The notes below the pieces were generated by a model. It was not told the DNA's origin. It searched no databases and was given only the letters and a program-made list of their open reading frames with translations. Of a stretch of 64,000 nucleotides of DNA, positions 62,785 through 64,000 are shown piece by piece; the first letter of the stretch is position 1; the number at the start of each line of letters is the position of its first letter. Both the position numbers and the translations under genes were made by a program. Source of the stretch: Candidatus Micrarchaeota archaeon (GTDB taxonomy: Archaea > Micrarchaeota > Micrarchaeia > Anstonellales > Anstonellaceae); contig JAOAJY010000003.1 in the NCBI GenBank assembly GCA_026413965.1, positions 27,727-91,726 of the forward strand. The letters are read 5' to 3'.

Positions 62785-63400
62785 ATACCACCAAGCGTAT
62801 CAGCTGGATGGTGTTCTTTCCTTGCTGGAAATTTGAGGTTGGCGAATCGCAAGGCGTTGTGTTGCAAGGATATGCCGGCCCTGCGGGAGTGTAGCCGAAG
62901 CAGCTTATGTAGCAGAATGGAGAGGCTCCAGGATTCGGAGGCACATCATAAAGGGAGGCAAAAACTGTGGCGGATGCCTGGACTTTGGAGAAGGATTTTC
63001 CGTACCTGTCTGAAAGCGGGTCCCTGCCAGAGTCATACGCGGTGAAGACAGGATTTGCCGGGTCGTTGAAGTTGTAGAACTGCAGCTTGTAGGCATAGCC
63101 TTGCGGTATTATGCCGCGATGCGAAGAATTGCCGCCTGCGACTTTGAACATTATCTGGCGCAAGGCAGAAGGGTTGTTCCTGTTGGCTACTGCGCTTTCA
63201 AGATAAGTTGGGCCGCCTTGCGATTCTGATGTTGTGGCCATGACCTGCAGAGTGTCATGCGCAAGCTGGCGGGCTTGCTCAAGATAGGGGAAGTATGGCT
63301 TGGGCGTTCCAAGGCTGAACATAAGGACGCTTATGGAAAGCATGATGAGGGTGAATGCCACGAAAGCGTCAAGGGAAAATATGAAGCCAAGCAGGCGCAT
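62777..63400 (-). CDS. Type IV prepilin-like protein (class III signal peptide)
   Basis: Start moved to the ATG at 63400 (MRLLGFIFSLDAFVAFTLIMLSISVLMF). The track start at 63466 abuts the tRNA. Confidence 0.6.
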   Translation of the reverse strand: MRLLGFIFSLDAFVAFTLIMLSISVLMFSLGTPKPYFPYLEQARQLAHDTLQVMATTSESQGGPTYLESAVANRNNPSALRQIMFKVAGGNSSHRGIIPQGYAYKLQFYNFNDPANPVFTAYDSGRDPLSDRYGKSFSKVQASATVFASLYDVPPNPGASPFCYISCFGYTPAGPAYPCNTTPCDSPTSNFQQGKNTIQLIRLVVYA

Positions 63401-63468
63401 GCAGTTAGATTGGCTCAAAGGATATAAAATGGTTGAGGAGCCGTCGCTTGCCGGCAGAAAAGGCAAAA

Positions 63469-63557
63469 TGCGACCGCCGGGATTTCCATCATGCGATTTT
63501 GAACCCGGCCCGCGAGATTGGCAATCTCGAATCCTAACCAGGCTAGACTACGGTCGC
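63469..63557 (-). tRNA. tRNA-Gly(GCC) with a 15-nt T-loop insert
   Basis: Reverse-complement fold: acceptor GCGACCG/CGGTCGC; D arm GTCT-AGCCTGGTTA-GGAT; anticodon arm CGAGA-TTGCCAA-TCTCG; T stem CCGGG/CCCGG enclosing 22 nt (63482-63503); discriminator A. Confidence 0.75.
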
Positions 63558-63591
63558 AGCCTACAACAAATAATGAAATGAGTTTAAAAGA

Positions 63592-63667
<76 letters not shown>

Positions 63668-63723
63668 TTGCTTTAGGCTTTATGCAGCCTTGCTTTAATA
63701 AAATTTTCCAGCTGAAAGCCACC

Positions 63724-64000
63724 ATGAAGCATTTGCATGCTGCTGGGCTGGAGCTTAGCCCTGATTTTGCGGCCAGGCTGGGCAAAAAAGCCTCTGAGGC
63801 TGACTTCTCAACCTACAGCAGAAAGCAAGGAGACGAAGTGCTGTGCGTGTATCATCCGGCAAAATACCCTGGCAAAATACAGCCGCTTTTGTATTGCCTT
63901 TCGCTTTGCGATGTGGCATACATTCGGCCAGAAGCGATTGGCAAGACTGCTGGCGAAATGCTTGTCGCAGCCGCGCATTTTCCAGCAAAGCTTATTGTGG
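63724..64000 (+). CDS. Hypothetical protein, N-terminal part; runs off the right edge
   Basis: Absent from the ORF track because no stop lies in the window. Hand translation gives MKHLHAAGLELSPDFAARLGKKASEADFSTYSRKQGDEVLCVYHPAKYPGKIQPLLYCLSLCDVAYIRPEAIGKTAGEMLVAAAHFPAKLIV... with no in-frame stop. Confidence 0.45.
   Translation, partial: MKHLHAAGLELSPDFAARLGKKASEADFSTYSRKQGDEVLCVYHPAKYPGKIQPLLYCLSLCDVAYIRPEAIGKTAGEMLVAAAHFPAKLIV

Noticed and set aside
63401-63466. Longer start (63466) for the first pilin-like gene
   Set aside because: It would begin 3 nt from the tRNA-Gly(GCC) 3' end and would add 22 non-hydrophobic residues in front of an otherwise typical short prepilin leader.

Overview
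Archaeal chromosomal window, densely coding on both strands. Hand-counted samples give about 50-52 % GC in most genes. Every call rests on motifs I recognise in the translations and on hand-folded RNAs; no database search was possible.

Archaeal markers:
- an A-type ATP synthase H-I-K-E block
- a class I CCA-adding enzyme
- Pth2, ribosomal protein L35Ae, an NMD3-like protein and archease
- type-2 IPP isomerase and a geranylgeranyl reductase
- a split transketolase

Main housekeeping blocks:
- asnS and gltX
- a non-oxidative pentose-phosphate operon (rpe-tktN-tktC-tal)
- a tight tetrahydrofolate one-carbon and purine operon (purB-glyA-folD-folC, then a fused MTHFS-PurN gene)
- malic enzyme, IMPase/FBPase, a glycogen debranching enzyme and glmS

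Six tRNA genes are present, and five of them are interrupted:
- tRNA-Trp has a canonical 37/38 intron.
- tRNA-Tyr and tRNA-Asp sit in tandem. Each carries a 37/38 intron plus a second insert inside the T-loop.
- tRNA-Gly(UCC) and tRNA-Gly(GCC) carry T-loop inserts at the same place.
- tRNA-Gly(CCC) is uninterrupted.

Accessory-looking content:
- a low-GC divergent pair of about 650-aa orphan proteins at 2917-6954; one ends in a polyproline tail, the other has NP-helical repeats and a possible His/Cys hydrolase-like C-terminal domain
- a low-GC orphan gene lying between a duplicated tRNA-Trp 5' fragment and the tRNA itself
- a secreted four-repeat cysteine-rich protein
- two surface proteins that share a C-terminal Cys-Leu-Pro + TM + basic tail
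- an NHL-propeller surface protein
- a DsbA-like oxidoreductase
- a five-gene, translationally coupled operon of type IV prepilin-like proteins

I found no CRISPR array, rRNA, transposase or integrase. The gene content suggests a small-genome, possibly DPANN-like, archaeon. That lineage assignment is inference only.
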